Shown here piece by piece: positions 1-10,426 of a stretch of DNA of 64,000 nucleotides. Source of the DNA: Patescibacteria group bacterium (GTDB lineage: Bacteria > Patescibacteriota > Minisyncoccia > Phycocordibacterales > UBA12445); assembly GCA_003504275.1 (NCBI GenBank), contig DOAO01000007.1, positions 75,535-139,534 of the forward strand, given 5' to 3'. The notes beneath the pieces are model-generated. The model was not told the origin of the DNA. It saw nothing but the letters and a program-made list of their open reading frames with translations, and did no database searches. Position 1 is the first letter of the stretch; each line of letters begins with the position of its first letter. The translations under genes and the position numbers were made by a program.

Positions 1-453
1 AGACTCCTCAGAAACAAGAGTTTCTATATTTATGGAGATGGAAAACAGGAGAGAGCTTTTTCCTATATAGACGACACAATACCACCAATGATAAGAGCCG
101 CCTTTAGTAAAAAGTGCGAAGGGAAAACTATGAACGTCGGAGGAGAAGAAAATATTTCTTTAAACAAACTAGCAAAGGTGCTTTTGGAGGAATATTTTGG
201 AACAAAGAAAATTCCAAAAGAATTTATTCCCATACATCTTCCCGCAAGACCCCAAGAGGTTAAATACGCTTACTCTAATCACGACTTAGCCGGTAAATTA
301 ATGGGATTTAAGCCCAAGACATCGCTAAGCGAAGGACTCAAAGAAATGATAAAATGGGCGAAAGAAATTGGCCCCCAGGATTTTGTTTATTTGGAGGAGC
401 TCGATTTGGAGAACGATCTTGTGCCAAAGACCTGGAAAAATAAGCTTTTGTAA
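1..453 (+). CDS. NAD-dependent epimerase/dehydratase, C-terminal part (5' end outside the window)
   Basis: Frame is open from base 1: YIYGDGKQERAFSYIDD ... MNVGG ... GFKPKTSLSEGL, typical of the extended-SDR C-terminus. Confidence 0.85.
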   Translation, partial: RLLRNKSFYIYGDGKQERAFSYIDDTIPPMIRAAFSKKCEGKTMNVGGEENISLNKLAKVLLEEYFGTKKIPKEFIPIHLPARPQEVKYAYSNHDLAGKLMGFKPKTSLSEGLKEMIKWAKEIGPQDFVYLEELDLENDLVPKTWKNKLL

Positions 454-455
454 AA

Positions 456-1121
456 ATGAATATATATAAAAATATAAAACTAGAAAGTTTCAGCTATGAT
501 TCTTATTGGAATGGAAGAGATTTTAATATTAGAAAGAAGCTTTTTGAAAGAGAAGAGATTTTTTCCGATTGGATAAAAGACAAGAGCAAGGTTCTTGACG
601 TTGCTGTCGGTAACTCATATCTCCCTATTTATCTAAAAGAGAAAAAGGGTTGCGATGTTACTGTTTATGATTTGGCGCAGAAGGTTATAGATGAATATAA
701 GAAATACGGAATCAGGGCCGAAGGTAAGAGTATATACGATACAGCTAATGAGAGGGGTGAGGTGTATGACTTTATAGTAATGAGTGAAATATTGGAGCAC
801 TTACCCATGCCGGAAGATGTAATCAAGAAAATGTCGGAACGTGCCGAATATCTTGTAATTTCTGTTCCCAATTCCGCTTTTTATCGTTTTAGAATACAGC
901 TTTTATTCGGTAGATTTTTTAAGCAGTGGATACACCACCCGTCTGAACACCTTCGTTTTTGGTCCCACGTTGATTTCTTAGATTGGCTACGTGCACTAGA
1001 GCTTGAAGTTGTAAAAACAGAGGCTTCCAACGGTCTAGATATTGGCCCCCTAAAACTATTCAAATATTTTCCTAATTTATTCGGACATCAAATGTGCTAT
1101 CTTGTTAAAAATAAAAAATGA
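456..1121 (+). CDS. Class I SAM-dependent methyltransferase (MetW-like)
   Basis: VLDVAVGNS motif I, SEILEHL, ISVPN. Confidence 0.8.
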   Translation: MNIYKNIKLESFSYDSYWNGRDFNIRKKLFEREEIFSDWIKDKSKVLDVAVGNSYLPIYLKEKKGCDVTVYDLAQKVIDEYKKYGIRAEGKSIYDTANERGEVYDFIVMSEILEHLPMPEDVIKKMSERAEYLVISVPNSAFYRFRIQLLFGRFFKQWIHHPSEHLRFWSHVDFLDWLRALELEVVKTEASNGLDIGPLKLFKYFPNLFGHQMCYLVKNKK

Positions 1122-1762
1122 GCATTTTTAAAAAATATTATAATAGAGATAATGCCGAGTACGGCTCAACCTCTTCCAGAATAAGGAAGATACTTTCATT
1201 TTTTGATGGGATAAAAGGCAAGAAAGTTTTGGATGTCGGTTGTGCGGGAGGGCATCTTGGCACAGAGATAAAAAAACTAGGAAATGAGGTTACCGGAATA
1301 GACATTTCAGATGTTTTGATTAAGGAGGCTGAAAAAGTTTTAGATAAGGCTATCGTCGTAGACGTACAAGAAGAAAATATTCCCTTCAACGAAGGGTATT
1401 TTGATATTGTTATTTTGTCGGAAGTAATAGAGCACCTCTTCTTTCCGGAGATTACTCTTGAAAAAATTAAAAATGTCTTGAAAAAAGACGGAAGGCTCAT
1501 TATTACCACTCCGAACTTACTGGTTTTTTCCAATAGAGTTAGAATATTTTTCGGAAATTTTGAATATACAGAGAAAGGGATTATTATTCCGGAACACATT
1601 CGTTTCTTTACGCATGATTCGCTGATTAAATTTTTAAACAAAAACGGTTTTGAAGTAGTGAGAGAAAATAATATTATTCATCCAAAAATACCAGAATTTT
1701 TGGGCAAGTTATTTCCAAATTTATTCACATACCAGATGGTTATTGAATTTAAATTTAAATAG
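1118..1762 (+). CDS. Class I SAM-dependent methyltransferase
   Basis: VLDVGCAGG, GIDIS, SEVIEHL, ITTPN; ATGA overlap with the previous gene. Confidence 0.88.
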   Translation: MSIFKKYYNRDNAEYGSTSSRIRKILSFFDGIKGKKVLDVGCAGGHLGTEIKKLGNEVTGIDISDVLIKEAEKVLDKAIVVDVQEENIPFNEGYFDIVILSEVIEHLFFPEITLEKIKNVLKKDGRLIITTPNLLVFSNRVRIFFGNFEYTEKGIIIPEHIRFFTHDSLIKFLNKNGFEVVRENNIIHPKIPEFLGKLFPNLFTYQMVIEFKFK

Positions 1763-1787
1763 CTATTAAGAATTATAATCTAAGGTA

Positions 1788-2765
1788 ATGTTAAAAATAG
1801 CGGTTATAAATCCTGGTATAGCAGACGGTTTGGCGAGGACCATACTTGATGGGCTCGTTTCTCTTACAAAAAGAGATTCTTCGGTGTCTTTTAAATATGC
1901 CAATACTTTTCCTTACGCCATAGAAGGTCTCGAGGAGAATCAAAGTAAAGACAAAAAAGATTTTATTGATTTTGCAAAAGAGGCTAATCTTATATTTTTT
2001 ATTTGGGCAAAAAGGGATATGGATATCGGTTTGGCAAATGAAATCGGTCTCTGGGATAAAACTATTTTTATAGACGGTTCTGAAATAGGTAAAAACGGAA
2101 GATATAATTTTGAAATTCAGCACAAGATAATAAAGGGAGAGTATTCTGGGAGCGGAAAAATTGACACAGAAATGCTCCATAAATGCCCACTTTATTTTAG
2201 AAGAGAAAAACCCTATAAGGATGGAATTGTTCCTTTTCCGTTTGGAATAGAGAGTCTTTATGTTAAAGATTTTTCTTTAAATACCCCCAAAGATATAGAT
2301 TTCTTTTGTGTTTTTGGACAAGATGAATATCCTTTAATGAGAAGATATTCCAGAGAAATTTTGATTGATTTCTGTAAGAAGAACGGATTTACATGTTTTA
2401 CAGAAAAAACAGATAGAGATAATTTTTATAGAACCCTTGCAAGATCAAAAGTCGGCATTTCTGTTGGTGGGGGAGGATATGACTGCATGCGTTTTTGGGA
2501 GATATTGGGTAATAATTGTCTGATGCTGACCGAAAAAATAGATATTTATGAACCTGATTCAAAAAAGCTTAAATATGATAGGATTTGGCAGTTCAACGAT
2601 CTTTTTGATTTTGAATATCAGTTAGAAAAAATGGGAGAATATTTGAGAAAAGAATACGACCAGTCTAAGTTAAAAGAAGAATATAGAAAGGTAATGTCTG
2701 AGCATTCATCCGAAGCCAGAGTTTTGGAGATTATTGAAAAGGCAAAAGAAATAAAATTATTATAA
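1788..2765 (+). CDS. Putative glycosyltransferase (GT-B-like C-terminus)
   Basis: LARSKVGISVGGGGYDCMRFWE motif; glycan-locus context. Confidence 0.55.
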   Translation: MLKIAVINPGIADGLARTILDGLVSLTKRDSSVSFKYANTFPYAIEGLEENQSKDKKDFIDFAKEANLIFFIWAKRDMDIGLANEIGLWDKTIFIDGSEIGKNGRYNFEIQHKIIKGEYSGSGKIDTEMLHKCPLYFRREKPYKDGIVPFPFGIESLYVKDFSLNTPKDIDFFCVFGQDEYPLMRRYSREILIDFCKKNGFTCFTEKTDRDNFYRTLARSKVGISVGGGGYDCMRFWEILGNNCLMLTEKIDIYEPDSKKLKYDRIWQFNDLFDFEYQLEKMGEYLRKEYDQSKLKEEYRKVMSEHSSEARVLEIIEKAKEIKLL

Positions 2766-2770
2766 TTTCA

Positions 2771-4480
2771 ATGAAGGAAGATAACCTTAAAAATGAATGT
2801 TCTGTTGTAGTCTCATCTTGCGACGCTTTTTCAGATGTTTGGGAGGCATTTTTTACATTATTTTTTAAATATTGGCCTGATTGTCCATTCCCCATTTATC
2901 TTATAAGCGAAACAAAGAAATATCCCGATAACAGGGTAACAACATTAAACATCGGAGAAGATAAAAAATGGGCCACTAACATTAAGAACGCCTTAAAAAG
3001 AGTTAATACTAAAAATATAATTTATTTACAGGAAGATTATTTGCTTGAAAGTAAAGTCAACACAGAAAAAATTATAAATTTGATTAAAATTTTGAGCGAT
3101 AGTGGTGCTGCTTATTTAAAACTCTGTCCATCTCCCGCACCCTATAGAAAGTTCGGCGAATATAAAGATATTGGTGAAATAAAAAAGGGTAGCAATTACA
3201 GCATTTCTTTGCAGGCTGCGATATGGAATAAAAAAATAATGGAGGGTTTGTTGATAGATGGAGAAAGCGGATGGGATATGGAGTTTAAAGGTAGCATTAG
3301 GACCGCGGATATCAAGGAGCCACTTCTTAGCGTTTATAGCAGTGTTTTGAATTATTTTTATGCAACTGCGATAAAGAAAGGGGTATGGTTTTATGATGCA
3401 ATAAAATTATGTGAGAAAGAGGGAATAAAAATAGATAAAACAAAAAGAAGAATTGAAACATTTAATCACTATGTTTTAAGAGTGACAAAATTTTTACACC
3501 TAAAGAATATATTAAAAATTTTCTTATTTAAGGTAAAGAGAAAGATGATTTTAATTAGCAGATTTTCATTCAATTTATATTTATTTTTCAAAAAAAGTAA
3601 ACAAATTAGCGATTTTTATGTAACAAGAAAGACTTTTTTTGAAAATTATGACCTTATAAACAAACAAGATATTTCAAAATTTATAACTCCCCATTGGCAC
3701 GATTTAAATAAAAAATATGAAAATTATCTAAGAATAAAAAACGTACCGGTAAATTTCTTAAGAGACAGGGTAATCGGATACACAATGTTTGTTTCTTCTG
3801 GTGGCGGTGCCATGAAGGCCGAATTAGATTTTTTAGAAAATAAATATTCTAAAGGAGATTTAGGTAAATATTTAGAAGAAGAAGCCGTCGGTTTCCCTAT
3901 AATATTGAGCAGGAAATATCTCTCCTCTCACAATAGTATCCGTCACCTATACCACATAAGTCGCTTTATTTTTAGGACCAATGTGGAAATAAATTCCATA
4001 AAGACGGTTGTTGAGTGGGGAGGAGGATATGGTAATTTTGCTAAAATATTTTTAAGACTTCAGGACAGTCCCCAAAAAACAACTTATGTGATAATAGACA
4101 CCCCACTATTTAGCTGTATTCAGTGGTTATATTTGTCCGTTGTTCTTGGCAAAGATAAGGTTAATTTTGTTAGAAGAGAAAATGATAAGATTGTCTCCGA
4201 AAAGATAAACATCATTCCCCTTGGTTTTGTTGAGAAGGTTAATCTTAAGCCGGATTTATTTGTTTCTACTTGGGCGCTAAGTGAAAGTTCGCCATTCTCT
4301 CAAGATTTTGTTTTAAACAAAAACTTTTTTGGAGCTAAGCATCTTTTGATTGGTTATCAGGAAAGTAACCCATCGCTACCTGATGCGGATAGAATAAATT
4401 TAATCGTTGATGAAAAGAGGAAAGATACAATAAAAGAGATAATAGATTTTATCCCGGGGAATTATTATGTATTTAAATAA
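2771..4480 (+). CDS. Fusion of a glycosyltransferase-like domain and a putative sugar O-methyltransferase domain
   Basis: N-terminal SSCDAFSDVW..YWPDCPF..LQEDY..SLQAAIW; C-terminal VEWGGGYGN..IDTP..STWALSES. Confidence 0.6.
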   Translation: MKEDNLKNECSVVVSSCDAFSDVWEAFFTLFFKYWPDCPFPIYLISETKKYPDNRVTTLNIGEDKKWATNIKNALKRVNTKNIIYLQEDYLLESKVNTEKIINLIKILSDSGAAYLKLCPSPAPYRKFGEYKDIGEIKKGSNYSISLQAAIWNKKIMEGLLIDGESGWDMEFKGSIRTADIKEPLLSVYSSVLNYFYATAIKKGVWFYDAIKLCEKEGIKIDKTKRRIETFNHYVLRVTKFLHLKNILKIFLFKVKRKMILISRFSFNLYLFFKKSKQISDFYVTRKTFFENYDLINKQDISKFITPHWHDLNKKYENYLRIKNVPVNFLRDRVIGYTMFVSSGGGAMKAELDFLENKYSKGDLGKYLEEEAVGFPIILSRKYLSSHNSIRHLYHISRFIFRTNVEINSIKTVVEWGGGYGNFAKIFLRLQDSPQKTTYVIIDTPLFSCIQWLYLSVVLGKDKVNFVRRENDKIVSEKINIIPLGFVEKVNLKPDLFVSTWALSESSPFSQDFVLNKNFFGAKHLLIGYQESNPSLPDADRINLIVDEKRKDTIKEIIDFIPGNYYVFK

Positions 4481-4482
4481 GT

Positions 4483-5196
4483 ATGAAATTAATTAAAGAA
4501 ATAAAAAAATACCTAAGACCAGTTAAGAAATTATTTAGCACAGAGTACAAAAAGACTTATTCTCAAGCAGGAGAGGATATTATTGTTTCGGGCGCGTTAA
4601 AGGCCATGAAGATAGATAATGTTAGATATTTGGACATTGGAGCCCACCATCCTTCTTATTTGAGCAATACATATCTTTTTTATAAAAATGGCGGTAGTGG
4701 GGTTTGTATTGAGCCCGATCCATACTTGTTTAAAAATATACAGAAAAAAAGACCCAAAGATATTTGTCTTAATATTGGGATAGGAGTAAATACAGAGAGT
4801 GAGGCTGACTTTTATATTATGTCGGCAAGGACCTTAAATACTTTTTCAAAAAGTGAAGCTGAAAAAGTAAGTAGGGAAACTAAATATAAAATAGAATCTA
4901 AAATAAAAGTACCATTAAAACCTGTAAATGAGATAATTGGAGAATATTTTGAAACAACTCCCAATTTTATATCTTTAGACGTAGAGGGATTAGATATGGA
5001 AATATTAAAGTCTTTTGATTTTAATAAATACAGACCAGAAGTATTTTGTGTTGAAACAATAACTTTTACCGATGATAACTCGGGGGAGAAGGAGCAGGAT
5101 ATCATTGATTTTATGATACTTAAGGGTTATTTTGTTTTTGCCGATACACATATAAACACAATCTTTGTAGATAAAGATAAATGGATAAAGAAATAA
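4483..5196 (+). CDS. FkbM family methyltransferase
   Basis: YSQAGED, YLDIGAHHP..SNT, IEPDP, SLDVEGLD. Confidence 0.88.
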   Translation: MKLIKEIKKYLRPVKKLFSTEYKKTYSQAGEDIIVSGALKAMKIDNVRYLDIGAHHPSYLSNTYLFYKNGGSGVCIEPDPYLFKNIQKKRPKDICLNIGIGVNTESEADFYIMSARTLNTFSKSEAEKVSRETKYKIESKIKVPLKPVNEIIGEYFETTPNFISLDVEGLDMEILKSFDFNKYRPEVFCVETITFTDDNSGEKEQDIIDFMILKGYFVFADTHINTIFVDKDKWIKK

Positions 5197-5855
5197 ATCA
5201 GAGATTTATAAATGTTAAGAATTCAAAGACCTTTAATAGGATTATCCGTCTTTTGGGACTTAATAATAAAAAAGTTTTTGATGTTGGGTGTGGATTCGGG
5301 GAGTATTTAGCTCTTTTTGGCAAGGGCAGTTTTGGTATTACATCTACAGAAGAAGAAGTGTTTGTTGCAAGGGAAAGGGGGCTTGATGTTTTTAAAACGA
5401 ATGCTGAGTTGATAAGCAGAGATAGCATAAAAAATGATTTTGGAGTCATTTGGGCTAATAATCTTTTTGAGCACCTTTTGTCTCCTCACTATTTTTTAAT
5501 GAGATTGAGATCTATTTCTGACAATGGTGCTATTTTGGTTTTAGGCGTTCCCGTTATACCGAAATTTGTTTCACTTCTAAGGTTGTCTCACTTTGGAGGT
5601 TCACTTGCGAGTAATCATATAAATTTTTTTACAAAGGAAACATTAAGACTAACAGTAGAGAGGTCTGGCTGGAGGGTAATAGAAGCGAGACCATATTTAA
5701 GCAAATTTAGAATATTTGATAGTATATTAAGTTTTTTTTCTCCTCATATTTATATTATTGCCAAGAAGGACCCTTTATTTAATTATCCCGAAAAGAAAGT
5801 ATTAGAGTGGGAAGGGGAAAGTTATTACGAAAATATTTTAGGGATGACAAAATAG
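5181..5855 (+). CDS. Class I SAM-dependent methyltransferase
   Basis: FDVGCGFG, NLFEHL, HINFFT. Confidence 0.8.
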   Translation: MDKEINQRFINVKNSKTFNRIIRLLGLNNKKVFDVGCGFGEYLALFGKGSFGITSTEEEVFVARERGLDVFKTNAELISRDSIKNDFGVIWANNLFEHLLSPHYFLMRLRSISDNGAILVLGVPVIPKFVSLLRLSHFGGSLASNHINFFTKETLRLTVERSGWRVIEARPYLSKFRIFDSILSFFSPHIYIIAKKDPLFNYPEKKVLEWEGESYYENILGMTK

Positions 5856-5857
5856 AA

Positions 5858-6979
5858 ATGAAAATATTGTATTTAGAAAACATAAGAATGCCGACAGACC
5901 GTGCACACGGTATTCAAATAATGAAGACCTGCGAAGCTCTTTCAAGGCTCGGTGTAGAAGTTGAATTGGTGGTTCCGACAAGAGAAAATAATATCAAAAA
6001 AGACCCCTTTCTTTACTACAAAGTAGAAAATAATTTTACTATCAAAAAAATATATTCGCCCGATCTTGTGAGATTCGGTAAAACTGGAGGAATTGTGCAA
6101 TATATATTTTTTTCTTTTGCCTCTCTTTTTTATGCTTTAAACCAAAAGGCTGACATTTTTTATTCCAGAGATGAATTACCTATTTGGTTTTTGGGCTTCT
6201 TTAATAAAAAAGTTTTTTGGGAAGTTCATAACGGTAAATGGAATTTTCTTGTTTCAAGTCTTATGAAGAGGTGTGCTGGGGTGGTTGCAATATCGGGTGG
6301 CATAAAGAATTTTTTTAAAGATAAAGGTGTTCTTGAGGAAAAAATAATAGTAGCGCCAGATGCAGTAGATATTGATGATTTTTATTTGAATATAAAAAAA
6401 GAGGAAGCGAGAGACAGGGTTAAGCTTCCTAAAAACAAGAAGATTGTTATGTATACGGGACATCTTTTTGAATGGAAGGGAGCTGATACAATCGGCCAGG
6501 TTGCCAAAAATTTTAGCAACGATTATCTTTTCGTTTTTGTTGGCGGAACAGAAAAACATATAGAAGATTTTAAAAAGAGACATCTTTTTGATAATAAAAT
6601 ATTAATGGTTGGTCAGAAGTCTCACGAGGAAATACCTCTTTATCTGAAGAGTGCAGATGTGCTAGTTATTCCCAATAGCGCGAAGGAAGATGTCTCGCGA
6701 TTATATACATCGCCGATGAAGCTTTTTGAGTATATGGCGAGCGGGACCCCAATCATTGCCTCAGACCTGCCTTCCATAAGGGAGATACTGGATGATGACG
6801 GCGCTGTTTTCTTTAAGTCAGATGATTCCGAGAGCCTAACTAAAGCGATTAAAAAAGTCTTTGATAATCAGACCTTGGCTGATAAAATGGCCAGTATCTC
6901 AAGGGAAAATTCCAAGAATTACTCTTGGGACAAAAGAGCTGAAAAAATAAACTCTTTTTTGTTAAAAAATGGAATTTAA
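5858..6979 (+). CDS. Glycosyltransferase family 4
   Basis: MKILY start (ORF is open from 5807), YTGHL..KG, SPMKLFEYMASGTPIIASDLP. Confidence 0.9.
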   Translation: MKILYLENIRMPTDRAHGIQIMKTCEALSRLGVEVELVVPTRENNIKKDPFLYYKVENNFTIKKIYSPDLVRFGKTGGIVQYIFFSFASLFYALNQKADIFYSRDELPIWFLGFFNKKVFWEVHNGKWNFLVSSLMKRCAGVVAISGGIKNFFKDKGVLEEKIIVAPDAVDIDDFYLNIKKEEARDRVKLPKNKKIVMYTGHLFEWKGADTIGQVAKNFSNDYLFVFVGGTEKHIEDFKKRHLFDNKILMVGQKSHEEIPLYLKSADVLVIPNSAKEDVSRLYTSPMKLFEYMASGTPIIASDLPSIREILDDDGAVFFKSDDSESLTKAIKKVFDNQTLADKMASISRENSKNYSWDKRAEKINSFLLKNGI

Positions 6980-7397
6980 AGAAAATATAAATCTAATAAA
7001 CAAGAGGGCTCGTGACCTTTATCAAAATGCCATGTTTATTAAATCTATTTTAGTAGGCTTTGTCGCCCTAGCAGTAGATCTTTCTTTAATATTTATTTTT
7101 ACCGATGTGTTTTTGTGGAATTATTGGATATCTGCAAATATCGCATTCATAATTACTATTTTGGTTAATTTCCTGTTGCAAAAATTTTGGACTTTTGGCG
7201 ATAATGTCGTCCACAGAACGAAGGCTCAACTATTTAAATTTTTTACTCTCTCTTTATTAAATCTTTTTGCAAACAGTATTTTAATGTATGTATTTGTAAG
7301 TTTGTTTGGCATATGGTATTTATTAGCCCAGACGGTTATAACGGCAATACTTTTTTTGTTTAATTTTGTGGTTTATAGATTTTATATATTTGTTTAA
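6969..7397 (+). CDS. GtrA family membrane protein
   Basis: Four hydrophobic segments, NFLLQKFWTF motif, adjacent to a GT2. Confidence 0.85.
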   Translation: MEFKENINLINKRARDLYQNAMFIKSILVGFVALAVDLSLIFIFTDVFLWNYWISANIAFIITILVNFLLQKFWTFGDNVVHRTKAQLFKFFTLSLLNLFANSILMYVFVSLFGIWYLLAQTVITAILFLFNFVVYRFYIFV

Positions 7398-7403
7398 AAT
7401 AAA

Positions 7404-8351
7404 ATGAAAATATCAATTGTTGTTCCTGTGTATAATGAAGCGAAGAGTTTGCCGGAGCTTTTTAATGAGATAAGGGCTATTTTACAAAAAGAAAAAATAG
7501 ACTATGAGATAATCGCAATTAATGACGGCTCTCGGGACAACAGTTGGGATGTTCTCAAAAAACTCGGGAGCGATGACAAGAGAATAAAAGCCCTTAATTT
7601 CAAGTGGAATAATGGTCAGACCGCCGCTATGTCTGCAGGAATAAGAGCATCAACAGGGGATGTTGTGATTCCGATAGATTCAGACCTTGAGAACGATCCT
7701 GCTGATATACCAAAACTTCTAAAGAAAATGGAGGAAGGTTTCACTGTGGTTTCTGGATGGAGAAAGGAAAGATGGAGTGGTTCCGCTTTTAGCAGGAAGA
7801 TTCCGTCGGTTATGGCCAACTGGCTCATTTCAAAAATAACAGGAGTGAAACTCCATGATTATGGTTGTACGCTCAAAGCTTACGATAGGGATATTATTTC
7901 TGAGGTAGAGCTGTATGGGGAGATGCACCGATTTATTCCGGCTTATGCCAAATGGAAGGGTGGGAGAGTGGCAGAAATACCTGTTAACTATAGACCAAGA
8001 AAATATGGCGAAAGCAATTATGGTATTTCAAGAACGTTTAGAGTTCTCTTGGATCTTGTCTTGATAAAATTTCTTGTTAAATATATGAATCGTCCAATGC
8101 ACTTCTTTGGTGGGTTGGGTTTTTTTAGCGTAATTTTAGGATTATTATCCGGAACCTTGGCGTTGGTTTTAAAGTATTCTTATGGAATAAGTTTTATTTC
8201 TACCCCAATGCCGGTCTTAACCACATTCTTTATAATCGTCGGTATTCAGATGGCAGCTATGGGTATATTGGCCGAGATGATAATGCGTACCTACTATGAA
8301 TCTCAAAGTAAAACCCCGTACTCAATAAAAGAGAAGATTAATTTTGATTAA
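7404..8351 (+). CDS. Glycosyltransferase family 2 (DPM1/ArnC-like, polyprenyl-phosphate sugar transferase)
   Basis: VVPVYNEA, NDGSRD, DSDLENDP, LHDYGCTLKAY, two C-terminal TM helices. Confidence 0.9.
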   Translation: MKISIVVPVYNEAKSLPELFNEIRAILQKEKIDYEIIAINDGSRDNSWDVLKKLGSDDKRIKALNFKWNNGQTAAMSAGIRASTGDVVIPIDSDLENDPADIPKLLKKMEEGFTVVSGWRKERWSGSAFSRKIPSVMANWLISKITGVKLHDYGCTLKAYDRDIISEVELYGEMHRFIPAYAKWKGGRVAEIPVNYRPRKYGESNYGISRTFRVLLDLVLIKFLVKYMNRPMHFFGGLGFFSVILGLLSGTLALVLKYSYGISFISTPMPVLTTFFIIVGIQMAAMGILAEMIMRTYYESQSKTPYSIKEKINFD

Positions 8352-8380
8352 GTTGCGCTGTCTGCCCCCTGTTCTACTTT

Positions 8381-8510
8381 GTCATCCGCACGAGTGTTGT
8401 CATCCCAGACTTGATCTGGGATCCACTAGCATTGGTGGTGAAACATGGATCCCAGATCAAGTCTGGGATGACAAAGGTTGTGTGTCATCCTCGCGAATGC
8501 GGGGATCCAG
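8381..8510. repeat. REP-like palindrome cluster (GTCATCC...GGATCCA units)
   Basis: Perfect 29-bp inverted pair 8397-8425 / 8446-8474, plus unit GTCATCCTCGCGAATGCGGGGATCCAG at 8484-8510. Confidence 0.85.
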
Positions 8511-8546
8511 AAAGTTTTTATTAAAAAATCATAGAATAGTAAGAAC

Positions 8547-10415
8547 ATGTGTGGAATAACCGGATTTATAGGAAAAGGGACAAAAAACGACCTGGAAAAA
8601 ATGGTCGCCTCTATAAAGCACCGTGGTCCTGATGCACAGGGGCATTTTTGGAGCGAAGGCATCGCCCTAGGGCACACAAGGCTCAGTATCATAGACCTTT
8701 CTGAGACCGGCTCTCAGCCTATGTTTGATAATAAGAAAGAGATAGGTATCGTTTTTAATGGAGAAATATATAACTTTCCGGAGCTAAGAAAAGAGCTAGA
8801 GAAAAAGGGTTATGTTTTCATGGGTACTTCCGACACAGAGGCGATAATTTATCTATATAAGGAATTTGGCGAAAAATGTTTTGAAAAGATGAATGGGATG
8901 TTCGCTGTCGCCATATATGATTTCAAAAAAAATAAGCTCGTGCTCGCCAGGGATAGAATGGGAAAGAAACCATTATATTGGGGTATTTTTCAAGAGACTT
9001 TAATTTTTGGTTCCGAACTCAAGTCATTAATTTCCCATCCTCTTTTTAAAAAAGAGATTGATTTAAATTCTGTAAATAAATATCTTCAGTATGATTATGT
9101 TCCGTCACCTCATTCTATTTTTAAAAATGTTTACAAATTAGAACCGGCAAGTTATCTTCTTTTTGAAAAAGGTAAAATAGAGAAAAATAAATTCTGGAGA
9201 GCAGACCTCACTCCTAATAAAATTACCTTCAAGGAAGCGTTAGGGGAGTTTGATAGTAATATGAATAGTAGTGTCGCCTCAAGACTTGTTTCCGATGTGC
9301 CTCTCGGTATTTTTTTGAGCGGGGGATTAGATAGTTCCGCGATAGCTTATTATGCGCAGAAGAATTCCAAAGATAAGATAAAAACTTTTTCAATCGGTTT
9401 TAAGGAGGATAGTTTTGATGAATCCAAATATGCCAGACAGGTTGCAGAGCACTTAGGTACCGAGCATTATGAGAAGATTTTAAGTGCCAAAGATTCTCTT
9501 GATTTGATACCCAAAATAGCTGATATTCTGGATGAGCCCGTTGCTGATGCTTCTATAATACCGACATACTTACTTTCTAAATTTACTAAAGAGAGGGTAA
9601 CTGTCGCACTAGGCGGTGATGGGGGTGACGAACTTTTTGCTGGATATCCGACATTCCAGGCTGATTCAATAGTTGGTCTTTATGAGAGCATCCCCGAATT
9701 TATGAGGAAGGGGATAATTGAAAAGGTAATAAAAAGTATTCCCGCATCAGACAAGAATTTTAGTCTGGGATTCAAGCTTAAAAAATTTATTAGCGGGTTG
9801 GGTGTTAATAAAAAATACTTACACCAAACATGGCTCGGCAGTTTTGGAAAAGAAGAGAGAAAAAATTTATTTAAAAATGAAGCTTGGGAAAAGTTAGTTA
9901 ATGAGAATGAGTTTGAGGATATAGATACATATATGAATGAAGTAAAAGACAGTGACCCGAGGAATAAGATTCTATATTTATATATGCGAACATATCTTAT
10001 GGACCAGGTACTTGTGAAGGTTGACAGGGCTAGTATGGCGAACGCCATGGAGGTCAGAGCACCATTCCTAGATACAAGTATTGTCGAATTCGCCAACTCT
10101 CTGCCTTACATATATAAATATAAGAATTTTCAGACCAAATATATACTTAAGAAGCTTATGGAAGGTAAACTTCCGCAGAATATTATACATAGAAGCAAGA
10201 AAGGTTTCGGTATTCCACTCGGCAAATGGCTCAAAGAGGACTTGAGGGGATTTTGTGATAAAACATTGTCTAAGGATAATTGTGATAAATTCGGCTTGTT
10301 TAATTATGAATTTATTAATAAACTTAAAAACGAGCACTTTTCTGGAGTTAAGGACAATAGGAAGTTGCTCTGGAATTTAATAGTATTATTCCTGTGGAGG
10401 GAAAAGTGGATTTAA
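8547..10415 (+). CDS. asnB: Asparagine synthase-like glutamine amidotransferase
   Basis: MCGI start, HRGPD, RLSIID, FNGEIYN, LSGGLDSS, GDGGDELFAGY, EVRAPFLD. Confidence 0.92.
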   Translation: MCGITGFIGKGTKNDLEKMVASIKHRGPDAQGHFWSEGIALGHTRLSIIDLSETGSQPMFDNKKEIGIVFNGEIYNFPELRKELEKKGYVFMGTSDTEAIIYLYKEFGEKCFEKMNGMFAVAIYDFKKNKLVLARDRMGKKPLYWGIFQETLIFGSELKSLISHPLFKKEIDLNSVNKYLQYDYVPSPHSIFKNVYKLEPASYLLFEKGKIEKNKFWRADLTPNKITFKEALGEFDSNMNSSVASRLVSDVPLGIFLSGGLDSSAIAYYAQKNSKDKIKTFSIGFKEDSFDESKYARQVAEHLGTEHYEKILSAKDSLDLIPKIADILDEPVADASIIPTYLLSKFTKERVTVALGGDGGDELFAGYPTFQADSIVGLYESIPEFMRKGIIEKVIKSIPASDKNFSLGFKLKKFISGLGVNKKYLHQTWLGSFGKEERKNLFKNEAWEKLVNENEFEDIDTYMNEVKDSDPRNKILYLYMRTYLMDQVLVKVDRASMANAMEVRAPFLDTSIVEFANSLPYIYKYKNFQTKYILKKLMEGKLPQNIIHRSKKGFGIPLGKWLKEDLRGFCDKTLSKDNCDKFGLFNYEFINKLKNEHFSGVKDNRKLLWNLIVLFLWREKWI

Positions 10416-10426
10416 TTTTTTAAAAA

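Noticed and set aside
8344-8559. 71-aa ORF (and the antisense 88-aa ORF)
   Set aside because: They translate the REP-like palindromes and have no protein-like features.
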